DNA of 64,000 nt from Mobula hypostoma (lineage: Eukaryota): positions 144,896,001 to 144,960,000 of the forward strand of contig NC_086097.1 in assembly GCF_963921235.1 (NCBI RefSeq). The letters run 5' to 3'. Each line of letters starts with the position of its first letter. Position 1 is the stretch's first letter. Below, piece by piece: positions 63,691 through 64,000 of the stretch. The notes beneath the pieces are model-generated. The model saw nothing but the letters and a program-made list of their open reading frames with translations, ran no database searches and had not been told where the DNA came from. A program made the translations under genes and the position numbers.

Positions 63691-64000
63691 ATAGAAACAT
63701 AGAAACATAGAAAATAGGTGCAGGAGTAGGCCATTCGGCCCTTCGAACCTGCACCGCCATTTATTATGATCATGGCTGATCATCCAACTCAGAACCCAGC
63801 CTTCCCTCCATACCCCCTGACCCCTGTAGCCACAAGGGCCATATCTAACTTCCTTTTAAACATAGCTAATGAACTGGCCTCAACAGTTTGCTGTGGCAGA
63901 GAATTCCACAGATTCACCACTCTCTGTGTGAAGAAGTTTTTCCTAACCTCGGTCCTAAAAGGCTTCCCCTCTATCCTCAAACTGTGACCCCTCGTTCTAG
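63691..64000 (-). mobile_element. Young CR1 3' end, running off the window
   Basis: (ACATAGAA)n tail; RIEGKPFRTEVRKNFFTQRVVNLWNSLPQ. Confidence 0.92.

Noticed and set aside
1..64000. CRISPR array or prokaryotic defence/operon system
   Set aside because: No regularly spaced repeat-spacer array or operon-like gene density. The content is vertebrate TE sequence.

Overview
Eukaryotic, repeat-saturated non-genic DNA. The repeat repertoire (CR1 LINEs with (TTCTATGT)n tails, Rex1/Babar LINEs, Penelope-like GIY-YIG elements, V-SINE/HE1-like and SacSINE1-like DeuSINEs) points to a cartilaginous fish, probably a ray; this is an inference. I could not support any host protein-coding exon. Most of the window resolves into nested insertions, many with readable target-site duplications (TSDs). 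These are two complete LTR retrotransposons (a chromodomain Tf1/sushi-type Gypsy at 23478-29107 and an older Gypsy at 40755-51900 holding a full-length L1), three solo LTRs, a Tc1 transposon, piggyBac-like and pogo/Tigger-like MITEs, and many CR1, Rex1 and L1 pieces. Four points stand out. (1) Minimal type-I hammerhead ribozymes sit at Penelope 3' ends: two intact copies, several decayed ones, and short hammerhead-only or palindromic insertions with their own TSDs. (2) An ITS2-28S pre-rRNA fragment is fused to a LINE-like tail. (3) The sushi-like Gypsy has a self-priming PBS. (4) A CR1/Penelope head-to-head composite is bounded by one apparent TSD. Boundaries without a TSD are approximate (tens of bp). 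Family names come from motif recognition, not database searches.
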